Source of the DNA: Nymphaea colorata
Lineage: Eukaryota
Assembly: GCF_008831285.2 (NCBI RefSeq)
Contig: NC_045138.2
Span: 22,568,001 to 22,632,000 of the forward strand
Direction: 5' to 3'
Length of the DNA: 64,000 bases
Part shown: positions 38,586-50,371 of the stretch, one piece after another
Layout of the letters: every line of letters starts with the position of its first letter
Numbering within the stretch: the first letter of the stretch is position 1
Notes under the pieces: model-generated
The model's input: only the letters and a program-made list of their open reading frames with translations
Told to the model about the DNA's origin: nothing
The model's database searches: none
Program-made: the position numbers and the translations under genes

Positions 38586-40718
38586 GTATGGGAAACGTGA
38601 GCAGTCTTATTGAAGGGCTGGAAACTGTGATGAAAAAAGGTTTGATTTTTCACTTCCTTTTCCACTTGTAGCTTCAACAGCTTGCCACTTCTGTTCCACG
38701 TCTATTCTAGCAGAGCTCTAGGGTCTTGATTCAATAAGTTTGATTGTTTTTGCCCTTATGTAGTGTGGTGTATTTCTTAGTGCCTTCCGTTATGGTTGCC
38801 ATTAGTTTGTTAGATTTCTTTTAGAAGGGATTTGGTTTTAGGTTCCCGTTGATTAATGAGTTACACTAAGATGCTTATTTTATTCATTCTTCCTTCTTGC
38901 AGCTTTCGGTAAAGCTTGGAAGCAACTGAAGTTTGGTGAGACCACGACCATCTCTTCCAACTGGAGACTTCGGAGAAGAATCATGTGGCAAGCTCCTGTC
39001 TTATGTAAGGTTTTTCCCTATTATAGGTCCACTCGCTCTTCATGCATCTATCAGAATCTTTGGACCTAGATGTTTTTCTGTATTGTCTTGTACATTGTAC
39101 ATCTAAGCCTGCCCCGTGTAGGCGTCCGCCTACATATTATTGGGTGTATTAAAACTACGGGCTTGGGAGCTGGAAAACTTGCACTCTTGAGTATTTAGCT
39201 TTTCCTCTTTTTTTTTTTGAAAAAGGAACTTAAGTACATGTTTAGCATTACATCGAGATACATTTTTATGGTTAGTAAACAGAACTGTTGGCTCTAGAAT
39301 AATAACATTCTTCCGTAGATGGTATGGTGGACGGAGGTTATAGTTTTGCTTAGGTCATGCATTGGTGAAATTCATGCATAAGCAAAGTAGGAGACATGGT
39401 TGTCCAATCTGATTCTCATGCAAGCTGGAATGTTAGGAGTTATACTCCTACTAAACCGTGGCATATAACACCAAACTCTCCAGGTATTGCAATGTTGGAC
39501 CTTCTATAAACCGAGTTTCTGCATTCAACTGCCTAAGCCATGTGAAGGAGCGTGTGAATGGGAATTCAGGCGAGAGGAAGAGAAATAAGAGGCGGCTCGC
39601 GTTGAGCGTCGAAGATGGAAACTATGATGACAGAACATGAAGAGAACGGCTCGTGTTCAGTGTAAAAAAAATTTTGTCGTAATTTTATGATTTGCTACGG
39701 GTTTGACCGTATTGCTCCTTCCGGGGGCATTCGTATCGTGAGACGAAGGATTTTGCCGTCGCAGTTCTCATCGAGGGGTTTACCAAGGTTTTGTGCTATT
39801 CTCATTTCTACAAAGAGATACCAATGCCATCAAGAGATGCTCTGCCCCTCTCTGGAGTTCCATGAATTCTTTTTTTCAGCTTCCTTTTTGTCCATTTTAT
39901 TCTTATACCGTGATGGTCGAAGTTCGGTCTGTTGTATTGGGGTGGCGAGAACTGCATCCCGCAAGTCTCCAACGTCATTAATTCGTTAACCAAAGAAAGA
40001 TGTATCTGCAACTTTTAGAAACTTTATTCTGTTTCATGTAGTTTCATGGCAAATTTTGAATTTGTTTGAAAAAATATATGCGAAACATGGTCGATGCGGA
40101 CGATACGGGCCGATAGGCCATAAGAACGATGAAAATTCCAATATGAGAGGAAGAGGAAAATCCAATGGTCCGTGATACCTTCGGTGGAAACAGAGGTTCT
40201 GCTTCTTTCCCTGGCGTCGCCCTCCATAGCCTCACGAAGAGTTGGAGATCCATTGGCGGCCACCACTTCCCTAGCTGCAGCCTCCAAATCATGGCAGCAA
40301 CGCTGCCAGCGTAGTTGGCAATGGCATAAGGGGTGATGCTGTCCAAAACTAGAGTGTCTCATGCTGTAGTTTTTGGAGACTCTCATTTCGTTCTAAGTCT
40401 AGATGGTCAAATCTTGAAACGAAGAAACCAAACTCTTAGAGCCTCAAAATATTTAAGAAAAATATTCAACAAGGAGACGCAAGATTAACGTTGAATACAA
40501 GGAAAGCTTGAAGGGATACGCCAGATAACATTTTTCACCCAACAAAGACCGTTTTCCTTCAAGCGGGACCACCTGTTTTTTGCTTTTCGACCTGTACAGA
40601 AGACTCAAAACTCGTGACCATTCAGCTTTCCCTCCCTATTCCCCCCTTGCTTGAAGGTGAAAAAAGGAAAGAGGACCGTCGTGAACCCTAATCGGAGAAG
40701 CGAACTTCAATCCATCAA

Positions 40719-41108
40719 TCAATCTTCGTAGATCCTGCACTCGTCCGTCTCCGGGTTCTCCTTGCAGTAGGACTCGAGCGGGTCCTCCTTCTCCATCTTC
40801 GTGCGCAAGTCGGCCTTCGCCTGGCTTACCTCCTCCACCTCGTCCCACGCCACCTTGCACTCGTCCGACTCCGCGTTGCCCTCACACACCTCCGTCGCCT
40901 CCATTACCTTCTTCTCGATCATGTCCGTCAGGCGCTGCTCCCTCATCTGCGTCCCCTTGTACTTCGTCACCGCCTTCGCAACCAAGGCGCCCCTCCGGGG
41001 AAAGGCGCAGGGCCGCGGACTATTCACAGCGGCGAGGGGCTTTCCGGCAACGAACTGACGCCGGAGCAGCACCGGACTGCTCGCCACAGTGAAGATTACG
41101 GACGCCAT
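40719..41108 (-). CDS. CP12-3: Calvin cycle protein CP12, CP12-3 type, with plastid transit peptide; intronless
   Basis: C-x8-C pair, AWDEVEE motif, C-terminal DPLESYCKENPETDECRIYED; Ser/Ala/Arg-rich N-terminal transit peptide; KYKGTQMRE segment typical of CP12-3. Confidence 0.95.
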   Translation of the reverse strand: MASVIFTVASSPVLLRRQFVAGKPLAAVNSPRPCAFPRRGALVAKAVTKYKGTQMREQRLTDMIEKKVMEATEVCEGNAESDECKVAWDEVEEVSQAKADLRTKMEKEDPLESYCKENPETDECRIYED

Positions 41109-41640
41109 TTCCGAGAAGAGAAAACGTAGAAGGATGGAGGATCGATCGAACCCTAGATCGTATAGATAACCACGGCGATCGGGCAGACAGCGGAGATGGT
41201 TTATTAATTTAACGGCGCCGCTTTTAACAACGCCTGGACGTTAATACTCTCTAGAAGTTCCCTTTTCTACGAATTTGCCACCGTTCTTAAAGTTGAGCTG
41301 GAATGAACGCTTTAAAAGATGAACCACTGGCGAATGGCATCACCGATATTTTAGCAATACATGAGCCTCCTTTAAGTTTAACTCGGTAAGAGCAAAATTG
41401 GTGGGCAGTCGCTATTTGGAGAGCCTCTCCCTCCACGTATGACGTATGTCCAACACGTCACTCTTTTTACGACCCGAAGTCCTCTTGGACTCCGAATCAA
41501 AATCAGATCAACCCGTTTTGGCAGATCCAGACTCTGGTTCTCTTCTAACCCTAACCCAACTAAACAAAAACACTCCTTAATTGCAAAAATAAGTGATAAA
41601 ACTGATTCTTAAAGAAAAAATTATAAAATCTGATCTAATT

Positions 41641-42004
41641 TAAGGTGCCTAATTGCGCACTAACCTAGATCCCACAAAGGGTGTTGGTCGATTAAGATAA
41701 CAGGACGGTGGTCATGGAAGTCGAAATTTGTTAAGGAGTGTGTAACAACTCACCTGTCGAATCAACTAGCCCCGAAAATGGATGGCGTTAAAGCGCCCGA
41801 TCTAAACTCAGCCGTCGGGCCAATTGCCATGCCTCGATGAGTAGGAGGGCGTGGCGGTCGTTGCGAAACCCGGGCCGCAAGGTTGGGCGAAACGGCGGTC
41901 GGTGCAAATCTTGGTGATAGTAGCAAATATTCAAATGAGAACTTTGAAGGCCGAAGAGGTAAAAACTTCCATGTAAAAGACACTTACACATGGATTAGTC
42001 GATC
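41641..42004 (+). pseudogene. Dispersed 25S rRNA gene fragment (~365 bp), decayed
   Basis: Matches conserved LSU sequence (CCCACAAAGGGTGTTGGTCGATTAAG, GGAGTGTGTAACAACTCACCTG, AACTAGCCCCGAAAATGGATGGCG, TAGTAGCAAATATTCAAATGAGAACTTTGAAGGCCGAAG) with many C>T and G>A changes. Confidence 0.93.
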
Positions 42005-43659
42005 ATATCTATCCAAAGTATGACCGTGAACATGGAATTTGAACCTCCTACAAAAATATGAACGGCCTACAATTGGTTCTCCAAGTTCAATTCCTCCAAT
42101 CGGACATTGTTTTAAGTCCGGATCCAAATAAAAACGATTTTCCTCATGGCACAGACACAGATGGAACTTTTCCGTGCACCCCCAGTTTGCCGAGGAGCCC
42201 ATGTTAACGAAGCACATAGTTGAAGCCTGTGCCTTATCGCTCCAGGCGCCGAACCCTCGCTGCCGCCACGTATGGCTTCCAACCCAAACTTGCCACGCCA
42301 TCGGCGCATGGACAATCGGCACGTCCCTCGCCTGGTTTGCTCATCAAATCACAAAATCGGTTTGTGAACAATCATTCATCCATTCATCTCAGTGAACAAG
42401 ATTTATTTTACATTTAAAACTTAAATGCACATATAATGTATAAAACTAAATTGTTTGAAAATTTTAAGAAAATTCTTAAAATATTTTAAGCAACAGTAAA
42501 ATGCTGATATATATGACACTTATGAATCATGCATGTAATAAAACGAATGACACTGTTTCGGAGCGGCTATAGAGAATGAAGGCTGCTTTCCTAGGGTTTT
42601 TTTTCTTCAAGATTACAGTAGTTGGTGCTTATGGTTGGCATTTTTTGCTTATAATTCAAAGTTTGAAAAGAAAATCATTTGAGGTGGGAGCCTAAGTTGG
42701 CGATTATGGCAAGCATCAACGAATTTATTTGAGAGTTTTATCAGAATTTGAATGAAAAAGTGAAAATCAGAGAAAGAGAAACATGTGTTGCAGACCGAGC
42801 GAATGATATGGCAGACCATGCTAGACATTGCCCAATACAAAGTAGAACATTATCCGCAAACTAGCGATGGTTAAAACTGTTGCGCTTACCATACTTGCTG
42901 TCGCTACAAGTTTGTAGCGACGGCCGTGATAAAACGGATCCAGCCGTTGCAAGTTTTTGGTTCTGTTTCTCGAAGTCGATCCTTGTCGACTACAGCCATT
43001 GTCAATACGAAGCGGCAATCGTGCCTCTAGTGGCGGATATTGCCGTTGCAAGTGATGGATTTTGCTAAAATGTGCCTGATCTAGTGGCGAATACTGCCAT
43101 TGCAAACTTCAACTTGTAACTAAAGATGTGACCGTCTTATAACTTGCATCTTTAGCGACAAGCAAAACCATCACCAAAGTTCAACTTACCCATCTTTTTT
43201 ACTACACCGTCAAAATTCATAAAAATATCAAAGGATAAACGGGAATAATGAACAAACAACTACATCAAGAATATATTCTTCTGCTTCCAAAGAAGTTGCC
43301 AAATTGGTAGGGGAAGCCCCCTTGCATTTATTCGCAATTATTTACAAAATCACACAAAATGAAGTTCTTGTCACTCAAACAAGAAACTGACTGCCTACTA
43401 TGCCCCAATCCGCACACCCTTTCCAGAATGCTCAACATTAATGTTGTAAACGTAAGTACACAGGATTTAGGCTCCCTAGATGGACATTGGTTGTGTATAA
43501 TAAGAATACAAAGTAAATATATGGCCATAAGATCAGTACGCAAACATACAAGTACAGACGCATTAGGAGATTTATGAAATTTAGTGAAGAATGAAATCAA
43601 CGTCATCGACACAGTGTGGGCAGCACATCGAGGTATCAAAAGCAGACCCTATACCTTAA

Positions 43660-43823
43660 GAGGTCATTTGGCATAATAGACTTTTGTAAGTGTCCTTTGA
43701 ACCTGCTCAAAAATTGGAGCATGTTTATAGAACAATAGTTTTTCTAGTGTTTCATGAATCTACTTCAATTTTTGAGTAGGTTTATGGGATGCTCATGAAG
43801 CATTTCTATCGTCAAACAACCTT
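43660..43823. mobile_element. Tourist-like MITE
   Basis: TIRs GAGGTCATTTGGCA / CGTCAAACAACCTT with TAA TSD at 43657-43659 and 43824-43826. Confidence 0.6.
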
Positions 43824-43987
43824 TAAGGAGATGAGGGGTTGATTAGGAGTTTCGGTCTTTATTTGCGCGGGTGAATCCCCCACACTTACTTGTGGAAAAC
43901 TGTGTAAAACAAAAACAATAGGACATGGAAAATTTGGTTTGATAGGAAAAGCGAAATGAAAGCAACGGAACAATGACGACCCATGCA

Positions 43988-44034
<47 letters not shown>

Positions 44035-44415
44035 TGGAAATTCTGAAGAGTTAACCCTCCTAAGCGGTATGCTTTTGCTAAGCACTCAAAGCTAAGGAGA
44101 TGATAGTACAACTTCAATTTCACTCTTTTAGTATTTTCTTTACAGCTGTGAGATGTCACACAAATATTTGAAAAAGTGCAATGATAATGATTCAATATAT
44201 CAAATCTCCAATTCTGTGATTGAAATAACTTATCAAAAATACTCGTACAGTCAATAACTGGAAATACCTTATGTAATACAAAAGTATCAAACCTTAGAAA
44301 AAACTCTATATGGTAATTCATCAACCTACAGCTAAACCAACTTGATCAATGCCCAATAAAAGGCAATAAGGAAATTGACCATTTAGTTATGTGCATTATC
44401 TTTTTGAGGTATGAG

Positions 44416-44677
44416 CTAAGTCACAAGGATACAGATACATATGGGGATGCTGATGCGGACATGACAATTTTAAAATTGTGGACACAAAAGATACAACAAG
44501 ATATATGTACGTATATACATGTATGCACACAAAATTCTTTAAAATAGTATGTAAAATTCAGCAAGAAATATGAAAAACATCACAAAATTCCACAAAAACC
44601 TGAAAAATCAAGACTATTACGTCCAGTTGTATTCAACACGGGCACTACAGCCTTTCAACCATTTTTGCGTTACTTAG
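44416..44677. mobile_element. hAT-like MITE
   Basis: TIRs CTAAGTCAC / GTTACTTAG; 8-bp TSD GGTATGAG vs GCTATGAG (7/8). Confidence 0.6.
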
Positions 44678-45467
44678 GCTATGAGTTTTCAATTGAAAGT
44701 TCAGGATTTAAGATGCATTACAAAAGAGGAAGTTTAATCTTCCTTGAAAGAGAATCTATTAGAAATACTAAAATGGCACAACTAACGTTCAGTTGCTTAT
44801 ATGCAATGTTTTAAATGCTGAACATACTCTGAAATGCATTCGTGCCTTGTAAAGTATTGTCCACACCATAAGCTGACTTCTCATTCGGATATATTTCTAT
44901 CGCCGGTGGTACAACACTTTGCTAGTGACGAGAATCTTTCACTCCCTCCCTTGCGACATCAAGAGAAGAAAGTTGAAAAAGAAAAAGAAGAAGAAGACGC
45001 AAGCATTTTGCATGGTCTATGTAGAATCAAAGAATACAAGAAAGTTCACCCCCCCTCATAAAACATGGGGATTAGCTCAAACCAACAAAACTTAAAATTC
45101 CATGGAAGCCTTTACAAAAAATTCCGAGAAGCTTAGGAGCAAACACTGCAAGGACCAAACTGACAATTTTGAAAATTTTCATGTACAAAATTTAAAATTT
45201 TGAAAACATGAGGCTGCCCTTATGGCGTCCGCCCCCTGATTTCCACCATTGTCCTAGGAAACCATTCATCAAATGCAAATGGATGATTGAAAGAAAAACA
45301 CAAAAAAAAAAGTAAAAATTTTTGTTAAATGACTAAAATGCTCATCACCTTGTTCTTTTTGTTTTTCGACTATGATTACATAGATCTAAGAGTCACTATT
45401 CAATTTTCCCACTCCATATTTTAGAGTTACTCACAACCACTACAACTAACACTTAAAAAGATAGCAT

Positions 45468-45643
45468 TAGGGGCAGAGCCCGTAGGGACTTTGGCCCCAT
45501 TTCAATTTCTTTTTAAACATTTACATGTAAATTTTAGAAATTGTCTTATATAAAAATTTGAAAAAATAATTATTTTAACTCATGTCAAACTTTAAAAACT
45601 TTAATTCAGTCTTTTTCATGAAAAATTTCTAACTTCACCCCTA
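45468..45643. mobile_element. hAT-like MITE
   Basis: TIRs TAGGGGCAGAG / CTTCACCCCTA; flanking direct repeat ATAGCAT at 45461-45467 and 45644-45650. Confidence 0.6.
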
Positions 45644-45973
45644 ATAGCATCATAAAAATAAATATTTAAGTATGTCTTAGGAATCATTCATCAACGATGA
45701 TGTTAATTTTTATTTCAGCTTCGTTCTTCATTTTTTTTTGTTAATTTGAGAAGCCAAAGACAAGAAAATTGGGAAATCCTTCCAGCCTCTTATGTTAACC
45801 TCTCGTTTCTAATTACACTTGCAAGATGCATGAGATTTGAGCTGCCAAACTGGATATGAAGTTAAATCAGATCCGACTAATATTCGGATCCACAGGCGCG
45901 CTCATACCAAAGGAAATTGGATTGGGTCGTATTTATTTGGATCCGAACCCCTAGAGGACTCAACTAACACGGC

Positions 45974-46058
45974 TCTCTGGAGTTTTCTAGAACCCTCTTC
46001 ATGTGGGCGCCGAGTTAAAAATGAGGTGGAGGGAGGCGGGGTCAGCACGCTAGGGTTT
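45974..46058 (+). promoter_or_regulatory. mtHSP70 promoter elements: heat-shock element core and telo-box
   Basis: TTCTAGAA inverted nGAAn pair at about 45985-45992 with partial flanking units; TAGGGTTT at 46051-46058; about 160-230 bp upstream of the ATG. Confidence 0.5.
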
Positions 46059-46214
46059 CCCCTCGCGCAAGCTTCTGGCTCTCTCTTTTAACGGCCGAAG
46101 GGTTTTAGGTAGTTTTAGCTTCTTCTCCCCTGCTTCTTCTTCTTTCACTGTAGTCCAAAGGTCTGCAACTCTTTCCCTAACGAGAGAGAGAGAGAGGGAG
46201 ACAGAGACAACACC

Positions 46215-46875
46215 ATGGCGATTGGTTCGATCCTTATGTCTCGCCTCGCTCGTTCCTCCAGGGTCGCGGCAACTGGCTTTTCTCAGGTTCGACTCTCTTC
46301 ATTTCCTTCTTTTGTGCCGTGTCTTCTATCTTCCGTTGTACTCTCTCTCTCCCCATGTCTCTCTCCATGTATGTGAAAAGGCTTATAGTTATTCGTTTTC
46401 ACAATGACTGAGGCTTGTTTTGAGTTTCTTTAGCTTGTTCAGTCAGTAGCTTTTTTCATCTATGCTGAAAGGGGTCAGGTGGTTCCGTTTGGTAGTGCCC
46501 CTCTGTTGCTTGGTGTGCGTTTTCTTTTGACAAACTGAGAGATGCTCGTAAACTGGACGAGTTAAGACTTGAAATTTCTTTTTTGATGGAGGTTTTATGA
46601 CTTCCAGTATAGTCCTGTTGATGGCTTCTAATTGTGTAACAAAAGCCATCCGTCTTTGTGACGTTGTAACTTTAGATGCTGAATCATTCGAGTTGTTCTA
46701 TTTGCTAGTTCGTCTTTGTTATTTGGTCTACGGGTTTTCTGTTTTCCAAATTGGGAGATGATTGATTCATGGAAATGATACGTGCTGCTGCTGGTGCATA
46801 AGCTGGATGAACTAGACATAAGAAGTTCTCCTTTTAATGGACGGTTTATTTCTGTCTATAGAACCTTCTTATTGA

Positions 46876-46910
<35 letters not shown>

Positions 46911-49900
46911 GTGGTTCACCGGTACAAAAGATGGGTCAGTTGTTTGGAGTCACCAATTCGTCTTCCCAATTTGTATATCCATTGATTCAAAAGATGATCA
47001 GAAGTGTAGTGATTCAAAATTGCTTGATGAAAATTCTCATCCGTTCCCAAAATGTTTCATAAGGATTGGTATGAACTGCACATGAAATTGGGGGCATCTG
47101 TTGTTTTTTTGCTGTTGTTGTGGGACTGTTTTAGGATACTACATCTTTTTCATAGCAGCAGAAACACGACTGCCCTCACTCTCTCTCTCTCTCCATTTCT
47201 TTCTCTCCCCATATCTATGTATATATGTATGTGTATCACACGTTCTCACTTTTGCGCTTACAACAGGCTTCTGGTTATCTCAAAGCAGCACATGGTACAA
47301 CATTTTTAGGTCAGAGATGGGCTTCTGCCGCAAGAGCTTTCAGGTGCGCAGTGGCTATTTGGTGATGCATCTCTACAAGTATATCTTTTGGTTGGTCATT
47401 AACTTTCATCTTTTGTCCTCTCTGCAGCTCCAAAGCTGCTGGCGCAGATGTGATTGGAATTGATCTTGGTACAACTAATTCTTGTGTTTCAGTTATGGAG
47501 GGAAAGGTGGGTTTTTGCATATTCTTTCAGTAGAAACTGTTTCCATCTTCTTTGCAATGTTAATTTGTGGTTCTGTTTCTTATTCAGAACGCCAAAGTAA
47601 TTGAAAACGCTGAGGGTGCAAGAACAACTCCATCTGTTGTTGCATTTACTCAAAAGGGGGAGCTCTTGGTTGGAACTCCTGCAAAACGGCAAGCAGTTAC
47701 AAACCCTACTAACACTGTATTTGGTACTAAGCGTCTGATTGGAAGGAGGTTTGACGACCCACAAACTCAGAAGGAGATGAAGATGGTTCCCTACAAAATT
47801 GTCAAGGCTCCTAATGGAGATGCATGGGTGGAAGTGAATGGACAGCAATATTCTCCAAGCCAGATAGGTGCATTTGTTCTTACAAAAATGAAGGAAACTG
47901 CTGAAGCTTATCTTGGAAAGTCAGTCTCAAAGGCTGTAATTACGGTTCCAGCTTATTTCAATGATGCTCAAAGACAGGCCACAAAAGATGCTGGGAGAAT
48001 TGCAGGACTTGATGTGCTTAGGATCATAAATGAACCTACGGCTGCTGCTCTTTCATATGGACTGAACAACAAGGAAGGATTGATAGCGGTCTTTGATCTT
48101 GGTGGTGGAACCTTTGATGTGTCTATCCTTGAGATCTCAAATGGAGTTTTTGAGGTTAGTTCTCTATCTTTTCTTTCCGCTGTGTTATCTGGTCAAGTGT
48201 GTTATCTCTGTCCACCTGGCAAAGGCTGAGGGAGTGGACTTGAAACGTTCAAGTTGCAGGTCAGTACTTCAATACTTGAGGGTGCCGATGCTGGCTATCT
48301 GATAGCCTTTGGTCAGGGTGGACATGTCCCAAGTTACTTCATATGCTCTTCCTTTCATGCATCAATGGCTTATCAAACGGCAGGTTCCAACATTTAAGAT
48401 TGACTGATTGTGTTGGGCTTACTCCAAATGAAAAATCCTTTAGTAGAATATTCACAACTTTCTATTTCATAGTCCATATATTTGGTCTTTCTTGTCCCGA
48501 TTAAGGTAGCTGTTGGGAATCTTTTATTTTACACTGTCAAGCAACTCTACCATCGTTATATAGGACTGTCATTCTTTGTTAAAAGCAAAGGTTGGTGCCT
48601 TTGTGAGACCTAGTAACAGGAACTTCAATTTGAGGTGGCTTGACTCTGCGTTTGCAGTTATGCCTGTTACGACAGCTCTGTGATTGTCAAATTCACTAAT
48701 TTGTGCTTGTTTGACCAAATATCTTCAAGTTTCCAGAAAATCTCTGTTTCACAAGCGAAATGCCTGGACCCTGTGATAGTTCATACGCCCTTTAGTGTTT
48801 GGCAGTCATTGTATAATGGCATTCTTAGGACCATGAATGAACACCATGATGTGTGGTGTTATTACCAATGGTCCAATGCAATTCTTTGACGTGACTTGAA
48901 CTTTAGACGCACATTTACGAAAACGTCGATCACTTCTTCCAAATATTTGCTGGTGCTTGTGATTCCATAAAGTTTATAGTCATGTGATAGAATAAACGGG
49001 AATCATGAACAATCGAAGGAGTACATGATGTGAAGGTGCATTAGAGTTACTTCCTTTTTAATTCTGGAAGGTGTTCGGTAAAAAAGTGTATTTTGAACGA
49101 CTGATTTTGTTGTCCTTTTCTTTTTCCAGGTCAAGGCCACAAATGGTGATACATTCTTGGGTGGTGAGGACTTTGACAATGCTCTGTTGGAGTATCTGGT
49201 CAGTGAGTTCAAGAAGGCTGAGTCCATTGACCTGTCCAAGGATAGGTTAGCTTTACAGAGGCTGAGAGAAGCAGCTGAAAAGGCCAAGGTGGAGCTTTCT
49301 TCCACAGCCCAGACTGAAATAAACCTCCCGTTCATTACTGCCGATGCTTCTGGTGCTAAGCATCTCAACGTTACTCTAACGCGATCAAAGTTTGAGACGT
49401 TGGTGAACCATTTGATAGAAAGAACCAGAAACCCGTGCAAGAATTGCTTGAAGGACGCAGGGATATCCACTAAAGACGTAGATGAGGTTCTCCTTGTCGG
49501 AGGCATGACTAGAGTCCCAAAGGTCCAAGAAGTTGTCATAGAGATCTTTGGGAAGACGCCAAGCAAAAGTGTCAATCCTGACGAGGCTGTGGCCATGGGA
49601 GCAGCTATACAAGGTGGTATTCTTCGTGGTGATGTGAAGGAACTCCTGCTGCTTGATGTTACGCCATTGTCACTTGGCATAGAAACTCTTGGTGGCATCT
49701 TCACTAGGCTGATCAACAGAAACACCACAATCCCCACAAAGAAGAGCCAGGTGTTCTCCACTGCTGCTGACAATCAGACCCAAGTTGGTGTACGGGTTCT
49801 GCAAGGTGAGCGTGAGATGGCGTCAGACAACAAACTGTTGGGTGAATTTGAGCTCACTGGAATTCCTCCAGCACCTCGTGGAATGCCACAGATAGAGGTG

Positions 49901-50371
49901 ACGTTTGACATCGATGCAAACGGCATTGTCACAGTTTCAGCCAAGGATAAGGCCACTGGTAAGGAGCAGGCTATCACTATCAGGTCATCCGGAGGTCTCT
50001 CAGAGGATGAAATTGAGAAGATGGTGAAAGAAGCAGAGGCACATGCACAGAAGGACCAGGAGAGGAAGAGGTTGATCGATATCAGGAATACCGCCGATAC
50101 AACCATTTATAGTATTGAGAAAAGCTTGAATGAGTACAAGGAAAAGATTCCTTCTGAGCTTGTCTCGGAGATCCAGGGCGCTGTTTCAGACCTTAGGAAG
50201 GCAATGGGAGGCGAAGATGCAGACGAGATAAAGGCTAAACTTGATGCTGCGAACAAGGCGGTTTCGAAGATTGGGCAGCACATGAATCAAGGTGGGGGCG
50301 GTGGTTCTGCTACCGGATCTCAGGGAGGAAACCAAACTCCAGAGGCTGAATACACGGAGGCCAAGATGTAG
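46215..50371 (+). CDS. mtHSC70: Mitochondrial heat shock 70 kDa protein (mtHsc70), ~678 aa
   Basis: Exons 46215-46286, 47267-47343, 47428-47506, 47588-48154, 49130-50371 join in frame; Arg/Ser-rich presequence ending [38 protein letters not shown]-terminus [10 protein letters not shown] typical of plant mitochondrial HSP70. Confidence 0.97.

Noticed and set aside
39458..40386. Cluster of 60-120 aa ORFs between BRR2 and CP12
   Set aside because: No recognisable domain or consistent exon structure.
42820..43180. TAGCGA/TGGCGA-type repeated motifs suggesting CACTA subterminal repeats
   Set aside because: No CACTA terminus or 3-bp TSD found.
46287..49129. Intronic snoRNAs in mtHSP70 introns
   Set aside because: No properly spaced box C/box D pairs with stems or guides found.
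49741..49760. Possible intron loss at KKSQ|VFST in mtHSP70
   Set aside because: Depends on orthologue gene structures that I cannot verify from this sequence.
49003..50106. Long antisense ORFs (256 and 110 aa) opposite HSP70
   Set aside because: Shadow ORFs arising from HSP70 codon usage; the same applies to antisense ORFs over BRR2.
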